The notes under the pieces are model-generated. The model was given only the letters and a program-made list of their open reading frames with translations, had not been told where the DNA came from and ran no database searches. A program made the position numbers and the translations under genes. This document shows positions 8,686 to 17,044 of a DNA stretch of 32,000 nucleotides, piece after piece. Each line of letters begins with the position of its first letter. Position 1 is the stretch's first letter. The DNA is from Nanobdellota archaeon (GTDB taxonomy: Archaea; Nanobdellota; Nanobdellia; Woesearchaeales; SM23-78): NCBI GenBank assembly GCA_038046485.1, contig JBBSWA010000047.1, positions 1 to 32,000 on the forward strand. Direction: 5' to 3'.

Positions 8686-9423
8686 TTAACGCTTTGCCAC
8701 GTGCTCCCAAAGATATTTATGATAACGTTTGTAGTTCTCCGCGAGTTCCTTGCTTTCTACGACGAAAGCAAAGAAGTCTTCCCCTAAAAGATAGTTGACG
8801 GCTTTGTTACCATGAACGCCTAGAACGGTAGGGTTTCCACTGAATGCTTTAGGCAAGAAACGCCATTCTTCCAAAGGATAGGGCTTTGCTTCTTTGCGCA
8901 GCTCATAACGCAAGAGGTTGTAAATCTTAATTCCTTTTTTCAAACGACGTTTGGTCCAATTTTCATAATACGTGGGGAGGCGCTTGGGCACATAACGACC
9001 TGCGGCAATCCAGTAAATGGCTTTGTAATTGAGCATGTCCTCCCATACGGTTTTGATTCCTTCAATGCCCCTATAGATCTCAGCATTGATGGAAGGCTTT
9101 GCTAGCTCAAACTTCTGAATGAAACTAGGCAGTTCTTTTTCCACGGCTTTCTTGGTTTCCTCCAGTGCTTCTTTCTTATCTTCTAGGTAGTCTAAAATCT
9201 TACTTGGATGCACAGCTCGGAATAAGCGCTTATTATTCTCCGTTACATAGGTGACCAAGCCCCGTTCGATGAGCTTATTTAAGATGTCGTAAATATTGCG
9301 ACGCTCAATGCCTGTTTTTTCATGAATCCGGTTGAGCGAGGTAATACCTATATCTAGTAAAGCTGAATATACTCTTATTTCTCCATCGGAAAGACCCACT
9401 TCACGCAAGATGGAAAGAGACAT
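8686..9423 (-). CDS. TrmB-family transcriptional regulator
   Basis: N-terminal winged helix LSDGEIRVYSALLDIGITSLNRIHEKTGIERRNIYDILNKLIERGLV, with a C-terminal effector-type domain. Confidence 0.8.
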   Translation of the reverse strand: MSLSILREVGLSDGEIRVYSALLDIGITSLNRIHEKTGIERRNIYDILNKLIERGLVTYVTENNKRLFRAVHPSKILDYLEDKKEALEETKKAVEKELPSFIQKFELAKPSINAEIYRGIEGIKTVWEDMLNYKAIYWIAAGRYVPKRLPTYYENWTKRRLKKGIKIYNLLRYELRKEAKPYPLEEWRFLPKAFSGNPTVLGVHGNKAVNYLLGEDFFAFVVESKELAENYKRYHKYLWEHVAKR

Positions 9424-9444
9424 TCTTTTCTTAAGCTGAACCTC

Positions 9445-9453
9445 TATATAAAT
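9445..9453 (-). promoter_or_regulatory. TATA box for the TrmB gene
   Basis: The minus strand reads ATTTATATAGAGGTT, 21 nt before the start at 9423. The same 15-mer occurs at 18033-18047. Confidence 0.55.
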
Positions 9454-9456
9454 TTA

Positions 9457-9475
9457 TGGTATTGTAACAATACCA
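9457..9475. promoter_or_regulatory. perfect 19-bp palindrome, candidate operator
   Basis: TGGTATTGT-A-ACAATACCA lies between the divergent TrmB gene and the beta-barrel gene, just upstream of the A/T-rich box cttattaataaaag of the plus-strand gene. Confidence 0.45.
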
Positions 9476-9510
9476 CAAATACTTATTAATAAAAGCCTCT
9501 TACATTCGTT

Positions 9511-10278
9511 ATGAAAACAAGCTTAGAAAGGCGGCTTCGCACCGTTGGCGCAACACTGAGTTTATGCACTGCTCTAGCTACGAGCGCCTCTGCCGATGAT
9601 ATCACTAAAGGAGTACGAGGCCCCACCCCTCTGCAATTGGATGACCGCGTCAGTTACAGCCAGAATGAAAAAGGTGTGCAAAGCTTCGGTAACACACTTA
9701 TCTTAAAATACTGGGATGGAAACCAACTGGGGAAATGGATGTTTGCCTCACTGCCTTATCGATATGTATCTTCTCCCACTAAAGAAACAACTGGATTTGG
9801 AGATCTCACTTTGGGTGGAGGACCTCGCGGCCGCATCGGTAACCTACACTTTCTTTCCTATGGCGCTCTTACTCTTCCTACTGGAGCTGAATTTATTAGC
9901 GCGGAACGAACGGATTTGAAATTAGGCACTTTTGTTACTTACCTGACTTTAGATAAAAAGTTTGAAATAGATAAATCGTTCGAATACACTCTTACTGGAG
10001 AAACCCCTCAACATGTGAATCCCCCCAATGAATTCGCTTTTGGATTTGTAGTTGGGCGGCAAATCACAGAAAAAATCAAATTTGCAGTCGGACTTACACA
10101 CCTCCTTAAAGAAGATGCTCTCACCAAAGAAGATCCTTACCTTACGAATTTAAGAATAGTCGGCAGATATACACCTTCCCCTACAATCCACTTTGAAACC
10201 ATCATAGATGTTGGGATTAAAAGTCATGAGCTGCCTAAAGGAAAAAGTGTAACGGTTTTAGCAAGATATAATTTCTAG
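9511..10278 (+). CDS. secreted beta-barrel protein resembling bacterial outer-membrane MetA-pathway/transporter family
   Basis: It has a signal peptide ending SASA-DD, GFGDLTLGGG and LTLPTGA motifs, alternating-hydrophobic strands and a C-terminal VLARYNF (terminal Phe). Confidence 0.6.
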   Translation: MKTSLERRLRTVGATLSLCTALATSASADDITKGVRGPTPLQLDDRVSYSQNEKGVQSFGNTLILKYWDGNQLGKWMFASLPYRYVSSPTKETTGFGDLTLGGGPRGRIGNLHFLSYGALTLPTGAEFISAERTDLKLGTFVTYLTLDKKFEIDKSFEYTLTGETPQHVNPPNEFAFGFVVGRQITEKIKFAVGLTHLLKEDALTKEDPYLTNLRIVGRYTPSPTIHFETIIDVGIKSHELPKGKSVTVLARYNF

Positions 10279-10288
10279 AAAGAACTTT

Positions 10289-11776
10289 CTAATCCCCATA
10301 ACTGGGCATGACCTTTTTCACGACGTGCTCGAAATGCTGACCTGTGATTGCGAGCTCGACGGCCATGGGGAGTGCCTTTCTTTTCATCACAATCGTACGA
10401 ACAATCAATCGCCAATACCACAAGCGCGCCCTCGACAAAACACCAATACGCCACATACTTTTTAAAAAAGCAATTATCCCCTTCATGTCCATTTTAGCCT
10501 TAACAGATGGAACATAATTCTTGATGAAGGTGTCAATTCTTCGGTAATATTGTTTTGGTTCATAAAGGGTTTTCATCACTTGCTTGTAACCTGCCATTAG
10601 TTTTTCTTTTTTCATCTTAGGCTTGAAATTCAAGACTCCGTCTGTGTTTCCGCCTGTTGACTCTCCTAGTAGCCGTCCTTCTTTTTTCATACGATACCAA
10701 AGTTGAGTCTGCGGCAAGGCTGTTAATACTCCCACCATAGCCGTTACAACTCCTGTTTTTTGGATGAAGTCAATTTGACGCTCAAAGATGTTCTCTGGAT
10801 CTGTATCAAACCCGACAATAAACCCGCCTAAAACCTGCATCCCATACTGTTGAATCTTTCTTACCGCTTCTCCTAAATCTCTGTTTGTATTTTGAACTTT
10901 CTGACACTCGATTAAACTCTCTTTTACAGGAGTCTCGATTCCTAAGAAAACCTTATAGAAATTTGCAGCACGCATCAACTCCAATAATGAATTATCTGCT
11001 GCTAAGTCTGTACTCGCTTCGGTGAACAACTGGAAGGGATAGTTATGATTTTTCTGCCACTTGACAATGGAACGTAACATCTTTTTTACGTTCACCCGGT
11101 TCCCAATAAAATTATCATCCACAATAAACAAAGACCCTCGCCAACCTGCCTCGTACAAGGCCTGGAACTCTCGCACCATTTGCTGTGGCGTTTTTGTTCG
11201 AGGAATTCTGCCATTCATGATGATGATGTCACAAAACTCGCAATTAAAGGGACAGCCTCTTGAATATTGGACCAACAATGTAGCGTAATCCTTGAAGCGG
11301 ATCAACGACCACATGGGAAGTGGCGTCTGTGTCACATTCGGCCGAATGGGTGAAGTATATACTGGTTTTAGATGGCCCTCTTTCAAGTCTTTCAAAAACA
11401 AGGGCAAGGTCACTTCAGCCTCATTCAAGATGAAATGATCCACTCCTTTGAAATTCTCGTGCTGTGTCGTGAAAACAGGACCCCCTGCCACCACTTTCTT
11501 GCCTAAGGTACTGCATCGAGCAATCACTTCCTCTGCACTGGGCTTCTGAACAATCATCGCACTGATGAACACCATATCCGCCCAAGCCAAATGATCATCT
11601 GTTAACTCAGTGACATTCATATCCACTAATTTCTTTTCCCACCGCTTAGGAATCATCGAGGCAATTGTGAGTAAACCTAAGGGAGGAAAGGCTGCTTTTC
11701 TAGAAATGAAGCGCAGGGCATGCTTAAAGCTCCAAAATGTGTCTGGATATTTAGGATAAACGAGAAGTATTTTCAT
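10289..11776 (-). CDS. B12-binding-domain radical SAM protein
   Basis: The N-terminal cobalamin-binding-type fold begins MKILLVYPKY. The CxxxCxxC cluster is GCPFNCEFCD, and there is a long C-terminal extension. Confidence 0.85.
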   Translation of the reverse strand: MKILLVYPKYPDTFWSFKHALRFISRKAAFPPLGLLTIASMIPKRWEKKLVDMNVTELTDDHLAWADMVFISAMIVQKPSAEEVIARCSTLGKKVVAGGPVFTTQHENFKGVDHFILNEAEVTLPLFLKDLKEGHLKPVYTSPIRPNVTQTPLPMWSLIRFKDYATLLVQYSRGCPFNCEFCDIIIMNGRIPRTKTPQQMVREFQALYEAGWRGSLFIVDDNFIGNRVNVKKMLRSIVKWQKNHNYPFQLFTEASTDLAADNSLLELMRAANFYKVFLGIETPVKESLIECQKVQNTNRDLGEAVRKIQQYGMQVLGGFIVGFDTDPENIFERQIDFIQKTGVVTAMVGVLTALPQTQLWYRMKKEGRLLGESTGGNTDGVLNFKPKMKKEKLMAGYKQVMKTLYEPKQYYRRIDTFIKNYVPSVKAKMDMKGIIAFLKSMWRIGVLSRARLWYWRLIVRTIVMKRKALPMAVELAITGQHFEHVVKKVMPSYGD

Positions 11777-11883
11777 ATCGCCCCTCTTAAAAAAGCTTTA
11801 TTTAAGTAAATCTGAATCCGTTTATAATAGTTCGCATCTAAACGAGCTAAACATTTATAAAAAAAGTCCTCTTGCACTTACCT

Positions 11884-12276
11884 ATGAACGTCTCCCAATG
11901 CACCTTGATCAATGCTTTATCCTGCTCCCCTGAAACACCCCTCCCAGAAGTTGCCCGGATCCTACGAGAACACAAACAACGACGCATCCTGGTTGTTAAC
12001 CAAAACCAAGAACCCATTGGTATTCTGAGCACGACCGACATGAACAATCGAGTCATTGCTGAAAACCAAAATGCCTCTACGCTTGCTGCCCAAGACATCA
12101 TGACCCAGCCCATCCATTTAGTTTGCGACTTAAACGATTCCCTCAACGAAGTCTATCACAAAATGATCAAAAAAACATCTTACTACTGCCCTGTCACTCG
12201 AGAAGGTAAACTGTACGGCATTCTAACCTACGGCGAAATGGTGCGCTGCCTCAATCATCTTCTTCATCATGGCTGA
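11884..12276 (+). CDS. CBS-domain pair protein
   Basis: ILVVNQNQEPIGILSTTDM and GKLYGILTYGEM are typical CBS repeats. The ATG at 11884 lies about 18 nt after tttataaaaaaa. The ORF track opens at a TTG at 11872. Confidence 0.7.
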   Translation: MNVSQCTLINALSCSPETPLPEVARILREHKQRRILVVNQNQEPIGILSTTDMNNRVIAENQNASTLAAQDIMTQPIHLVCDLNDSLNEVYHKMIKKTSYYCPVTREGKLYGILTYGEMVRCLNHLLHHG

Positions 12277-13081
12277 TTTTAAGGCTCCTAAAGGCCTAGG
12301 AAGCAAACTCTTCAAAAGCGGACTCTACTCGCTGTACCAAGAACTTACAAAAGGCCCAAAAAGTTTTAGACCCTTGGTTTCTGAACGAATGAAAGAAACC
12401 CTAGTTTATGATTCAGAACGTGGAAAAGAAGTTTCGCTCTACGACCTTGCCAAACACCACGGCCTTGAAAACGAACTGGACCATTACATCCAACAAGAAT
12501 TCAGCAGTCAGCAGGCCTACATTGGAAAAGCCTTACACATTGTAACCAATTTCAAAGACGGGTTAGAAGACCTCATTAGTGCAGCTGAACTCGGAGCGGA
12601 CGTCGCTGCTGGAGCACCTACGGCAGGTACGGGCACCTGCGTTGTGGAAATTGGAAGCAAACTCATTGAACTCCCCATCTATGTCGTCACCCAAAGCCTC
12701 TACACAGCCCTTTCCGGTATCCTCGGCTTTTCTGGAAAGATTTACGAACGAAACCTCAAAGGCGCACGACAATACGCCTGGGACACCACCAAAGGATTTG
12801 CCGGAGCCTTAGGAAGCACCATTCCTTTTTTAGGTACTGCTCTTGAATTCCTCACCAATCCTGATGATAAAACCGACCGCATTGCAACGGCACTGTCTAA
12901 AAACGTGCATCAACGATTACTGCAACGCATCCGCGGCGAAACCAGCCTAGAAGAGCGACTCCAGGCAAAACCCGGCATTCTTCAACGAATGACTGGAGGC
13001 CTCAAAGAATACGCTCATTTAACCGACGGATACGTACAAGACTGGTACCATAATGGATATGAGACAGTGCCTGCCACTTAG
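12269..13081 (+). CDS. hypothetical protein
   Basis: 270-aa ORF that overlaps the CBS gene by 8 nt and has a Gly/Ala-rich hydrophobic centre. I recognise no family. Confidence 0.5.
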   Translation: MADFKAPKGLGSKLFKSGLYSLYQELTKGPKSFRPLVSERMKETLVYDSERGKEVSLYDLAKHHGLENELDHYIQQEFSSQQAYIGKALHIVTNFKDGLEDLISAAELGADVAAGAPTAGTGTCVVEIGSKLIELPIYVVTQSLYTALSGILGFSGKIYERNLKGARQYAWDTTKGFAGALGSTIPFLGTALEFLTNPDDKTDRIATALSKNVHQRLLQRIRGETSLEERLQAKPGILQRMTGGLKEYAHLTDGYVQDWYHNGYETVPAT

Positions 13082-13121
13082 ACGGTAACTTTTTAAACCG
13101 AATTCTCGACCTTATTATTAC

Positions 13122-14888
13122 ATGGGATTTCGAGACAATCCAATCATTAACTTGAGCATTTATACTTGGAGGTATTCCAAAGGCAACCGAACTAATGTAG
13201 TCCTCTACTTTTGCCTGTTTCTGGTCGCTAACACCCTTAGTGCATTTGAACCTCTTATCGTAGCCTATTTACTTAATACCATTCAAGAACAAGGCATCAC
13301 CCCTCAAAATTACCCTCACCTTATCTTTATTGTATCCCTATTTGTCGCGCAAACCATTTCCTTCTGGGCCTTTCACGGACCTGCCCGAATCATCGAACGC
13401 AAAAACGCCTTCCTCGTTTCTACCGCCTATCGAAGATACTTACTCGATGGAGTCATGCGACTCCCCATGTCCTGGCACGCCAACCACCATTCCGGCAACA
13501 CCATCGACAAAATTGAAAAAGGCAACCAAGCGCTCTACCAATACTCCAGCAACACATTCGAAATCATTGACAGCTTAGTCAAATTTATTACCGCCTACAT
13601 TGCTCTTGCCTATCTCAACCTACACGCCATCTACACCCTCTTTTTCATGACCATTGTTGTCATCACCCTTATTCTTCGTTTTGATGCTGTTCTTGTCAAA
13701 AAGTACCGGAAACTCTACAAAACAGAAAATCGGGTAGCAGCTAAGATTTATGATATTATCAGTAACATTACTACTGTTATCATTCTTCGCATTGAAAAAC
13801 TTGCCTCAAGCAGCATCTACAAGAAAATGATGGAACCCTTGGGTGTTTACCAAGAAAGCAACCGCATCAATGAGACCAAATGGTTCTTTGTCTCCCTTTG
13901 CAATGCCCTTATGCTCTTCTCTATCCTCGGCACTTACATTTACCTCAACAAAGAGCAAGGTATTCTTATCGGAACGCTCTATGCCCTCTATGGATACGCC
14001 CAACGCATCAATGGCATCTTCTTTCGATTCGCCTACCAATATGGAGATATTGTACGCAGAAACACGGCTGTACTCAACGCCCAGGAACTTGCTTCTCAAT
14101 TCCAAGACTCAAAAACCATTCAACCCTTAAAACTAGAGCCCTGGAAAGAACTCACTATCCAAAACCTCCGATTCTCCTACCACTACAAAGACAAGACCTT
14201 GCATTTAGACAACTTGAATCTCTCCATTCATAAAGCTGAACGCATTGCCCTTATTGGCACCAGTGGAAGTGGAAAAACAACCTTCCTCAAGATCATCCGA
14301 GACTTATACACTCCCAAAAATGCTCAAATTCAACTGGATGGTAAGAATCTTCCTAACTTTCAAGCTCTTAGTCAACACATCACTCTCATTCCTCAAGACC
14401 CTGAACTCTTTGATGCCACTATTGAAGAAAACATCACAATGGGCATTTCTCACCCATTGAGTTACGTTCGACGCTTCACTGACATGGCCTGCTTTACTCA
14501 AGTTGTCAACCATCTCCCAAAAAAATTCAATAGTCGTATCCATGAACGAGGCGTGAACTTAAGTGGCGGAGAAAAACAACGACTCGCGTTATCTAGGGGG
14601 CTTCTAGCTGCTTATGACAAACCCATCTTACTACTCGACGAACCCACCAGTAGCGTCGACTTCAAAACTGAACTTCACATCTTCCAAAACCTCTTCAAGG
14701 CTTATCGCCAAAAAACCATCATCGCCTCCATCCATAGACTCCACTTACTCCCCTACTTTGACACTATTTATTTCTTTAAAGATGGCAAGATTATTTCCCA
14801 AGGAAACCTTGGGCAACTTCTCAAAACTAACCAAGAATTCAAAAAAATATGGAACAAACAAAAAGCTAAAACTCGCTCTTCGACCTGA
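13122..14888 (+). CDS. ABC exporter, fused permease and ATPase (MsbA/ABCB type)
   Basis: Six-TM N-terminal half, Walker A GTSGSGKTT, signature LSGGEKQR and Walker B LLLDEPTS. Confidence 0.9.
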   Translation: MGFRDNPIINLSIYTWRYSKGNRTNVVLYFCLFLVANTLSAFEPLIVAYLLNTIQEQGITPQNYPHLIFIVSLFVAQTISFWAFHGPARIIERKNAFLVSTAYRRYLLDGVMRLPMSWHANHHSGNTIDKIEKGNQALYQYSSNTFEIIDSLVKFITAYIALAYLNLHAIYTLFFMTIVVITLILRFDAVLVKKYRKLYKTENRVAAKIYDIISNITTVIILRIEKLASSSIYKKMMEPLGVYQESNRINETKWFFVSLCNALMLFSILGTYIYLNKEQGILIGTLYALYGYAQRINGIFFRFAYQYGDIVRRNTAVLNAQELASQFQDSKTIQPLKLEPWKELTIQNLRFSYHYKDKTLHLDNLNLSIHKAERIALIGTSGSGKTTFLKIIRDLYTPKNAQIQLDGKNLPNFQALSQHITLIPQDPELFDATIEENITMGISHPLSYVRRFTDMACFTQVVNHLPKKFNSRIHERGVNLSGGEKQRLALSRGLLAAYDKPILLLDEPTSSVDFKTELHIFQNLFKAYRQKTIIASIHRLHLLPYFDTIYFFKDGKIISQGNLGQLLKTNQEFKKIWNKQKAKTRSST

Positions 14889-14943
14889 CTCTTACAGACT
14901 GATTTTCACAACCCTTAAAAACAAGTGATTAAATAAACCCTTC

Positions 14944-15279
14944 ATGCGCATCCCAAAAATGTACGGACAAAGCAAGATTGAGCGATGCCCGTTCTGTGAG
15001 AAACAAGCAACCAGCCAAAACAACCAAGGCGTACCTACCTGTCAAGACCATAAAAAACAAGAACTCCAAGATGTGAAGTGCGCCTGCGGAAGTTGGCTGG
15101 AACTGCGTACCGGGAAATTTGGAAGCTACTTCAACTGCATCAAATGCGGCAATGTTAATTTCAAACGAGCCCTTGAAATGACCCAAAGCCCCCAAAACAG
15201 ACCCGAAGCTAAAACTGAGCCCAGTAAACCCAAACCCAAAGAAATCACGATCACTTCCGACGAAGTGGACCTGTATTAA
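14944..15279 (+). CDS. zinc-ribbon protein with topoisomerase-type C4 finger
   Basis: CPFC...C..H and CACG...GKFGSYFNCIKCG motifs followed by a basic/Pro-rich tail. The ATG at 14959 is 21 nt after gattaaataaa and may be the real start. Confidence 0.55.
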   Translation: MRIPKMYGQSKIERCPFCEKQATSQNNQGVPTCQDHKKQELQDVKCACGSWLELRTGKFGSYFNCIKCGNVNFKRALEMTQSPQNRPEAKTEPSKPKPKEITITSDEVDLY

Positions 15280-15367
15280 CCCCATAATAGCGAAGCTTTT
15301 TAAAGCACTCCATCCTCTCTTTTAATATAAGAGCAGCAAACTACTTTTCTCAACTATGATTCAAGTC

Positions 15368-15402
15368 ATCGTTAGTTGGGGAACAGTTTCCAACTAAACG
15401 AT
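15368..15402 (+). promoter_or_regulatory. stem-loop in the leader of the DEAD-box helicase gene
   Basis: gttagttg (15371-15378) pairs with caactaac-type sequence (15391-15399). This gives 8 contiguous bp, a 1-nt bulge, then 4 more bp, with a 10-nt loop. A TATA-like ttttaatataag lies near 15320-15332. Confidence 0.4.
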
Positions 15403-15445
15403 AGGGAGAGCCCAAGACCTGCTTATAGGCCTCCCGGACAATACC

Positions 15446-16711
15446 ATGAATTTTGAACAACTCGGCCTTAAAGATACTATTTTGCAAGCTGTCGAACGCG
15501 AACACTTTAAAGAACCTACTGAGATCCAGATTAAAACGATTCCTCTTATCTTAGAAGGCAAAGACGTCATTGCCCAATCTGCCACAGGATCTGGTAAAAC
15601 CCTCGCCTTTGGTGCGGGCATCATCCAACATACAGTCCACGGCAAGGGCCTACAAGCCTTAGTCTTAACTCCCACTCGAGAACTCACTGAACAAGTCACT
15701 CAAGCCCTACAAAAATTTTGTCACAATCAACTCAGCATTCAAGCCATTTATGGCGGCGTTGGCATTGGCCCTCAGATTCGCGCTCTTCCGAATGCCGATG
15801 TTGTTGTTGCAACTCCTGGACGCATGCTAGACCACCTTGAACGTGGAACCATCCAACTTAACAAAATTCACACCTTAGTTCTAGATGAGTCCGACCGCAT
15901 GATCGATATGGGGTTTATTCGTGACGTTGAACGCATCCTACACGGATGTCCAAAAGAGCGGCAAACCTTACTCTTCTCTGCGACTCTCTCTCCTGAAATC
16001 GGCCATATCGCAAGAAAGCATATGAAAACCCCCATCAAGGTCATCGCTGAAACTTATGTTGATCCGAGTAAACTCTCTCAGATCTACTATGACGTTCCTC
16101 GCAACCAAAAACTCTCACTCTTAGCCCACTTTATCCAACAAGAAACCTCTGGCCTGGTCATGGTTTTCTGCAACACCCGACGCATCACTGACTTTGTTGC
16201 TAAAGCCCTTAAACACGCCAATATCTACGCTACCCCTATTCATGGAGGCCTTACTCAAAGCAAACGAAGCAACACCCTTGAGCGCTTCCATAGCCAGAAA
16301 AGCCAAGTTTTGGTTTGTACCGATGTTGCTGCACGAGGCCTTGACATTCAAGGGGTAAGCCATATTTACAATTACGACATCCCCAATGACCCCAAGCAAT
16401 ACGTTCACCGCATCGGACGAACGGCACGAGCGGGAAAAGAAGGAAAGGTCATCAACCTACTCAGTCCTCAAGATCATGACTATTTTGGCATGGTCCTTCG
16501 TGAATACAACATTAAAATCGCAAAAGGAATTACCCCCAAAGTACAACCTTTACAAGTTCCTGCTCAGGAAGAGCGCCCCCGAAGGTTTAGCCCAAGAACC
16601 AATGGCCCTCGACATGGAGAAGCTAGACGAAACTTTGGAGGATCATCCTCTGAACGACCTCAACGAGAACGAAACCCTCGAGACCGCCCTAACCGATTTG
16701 GAAAAGCATAG
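15446..16711 (+). CDS. DEAD-box ATP-dependent RNA helicase (motif II reads DESD)
   Basis: Q motif, AQSATGSGKT, PTRELT, LVLDESD, SAT and HRIGRTARAG are present, plus an Arg/Gly/Pro-rich tail. Confidence 0.9.
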   Translation: MNFEQLGLKDTILQAVEREHFKEPTEIQIKTIPLILEGKDVIAQSATGSGKTLAFGAGIIQHTVHGKGLQALVLTPTRELTEQVTQALQKFCHNQLSIQAIYGGVGIGPQIRALPNADVVVATPGRMLDHLERGTIQLNKIHTLVLDESDRMIDMGFIRDVERILHGCPKERQTLLFSATLSPEIGHIARKHMKTPIKVIAETYVDPSKLSQIYYDVPRNQKLSLLAHFIQQETSGLVMVFCNTRRITDFVAKALKHANIYATPIHGGLTQSKRSNTLERFHSQKSQVLVCTDVAARGLDIQGVSHIYNYDIPNDPKQYVHRIGRTARAGKEGKVINLLSPQDHDYFGMVLREYNIKIAKGITPKVQPLQVPAQEERPRRFSPRTNGPRHGEARRNFGGSSSERPQRERNPRDRPNRFGKA

Positions 16712-16757
16712 TAACAAAAATCCGCCACTCTTTAATAATAGACAACTATACCCAATT

Positions 16758-16937
16758 TTACAACATGCTGCTCCTTTTTCCATCTCTTGTTGAACATTTT
16801 GTGGGCGTGCACCTTCCCTTCCTTCCAGGTGTCATCCCATCTGTACTTCGAATCAAGCGAATGGTTTTATTAAGAGCTTCTTCTATATGCTTATGACTCT
16901 TTTTATTTTCTCTTTTACCATCCTTTACTTCAGTCAT
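16758..16937 (-). CDS. possible 59-aa basic small protein
   Basis: ATG-to-TAA ORF just below the 60-aa track cutoff (MTEVKDGKRENKKSHKHIEEALNK...). A/T-rich boxes lie upstream on the minus strand. I recognise no family. Confidence 0.3.
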   Translation of the reverse strand: MTEVKDGKRENKKSHKHIEEALNKTIRLIRSTDGMTPGRKGRCTPTKCSTRDGKRSSML

Positions 16938-17044
16938 GGTCTTTAACCTACCCCTATAAAATAAGTAGGGTTTGTAAATTTATAAGAAACTAAAATGTAT
17001 ACCTCAAGAAGAACACGAGCACGACAAGAAGAATAATTAAAACT

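Noticed and set aside
14929-15285. A 118-aa minus-strand ORF opposite the zinc-ribbon gene
   Set aside because: The plus-strand frame has paired CxxC zinc-ribbon motifs and a TATA box. The minus frame has no recognisable features.
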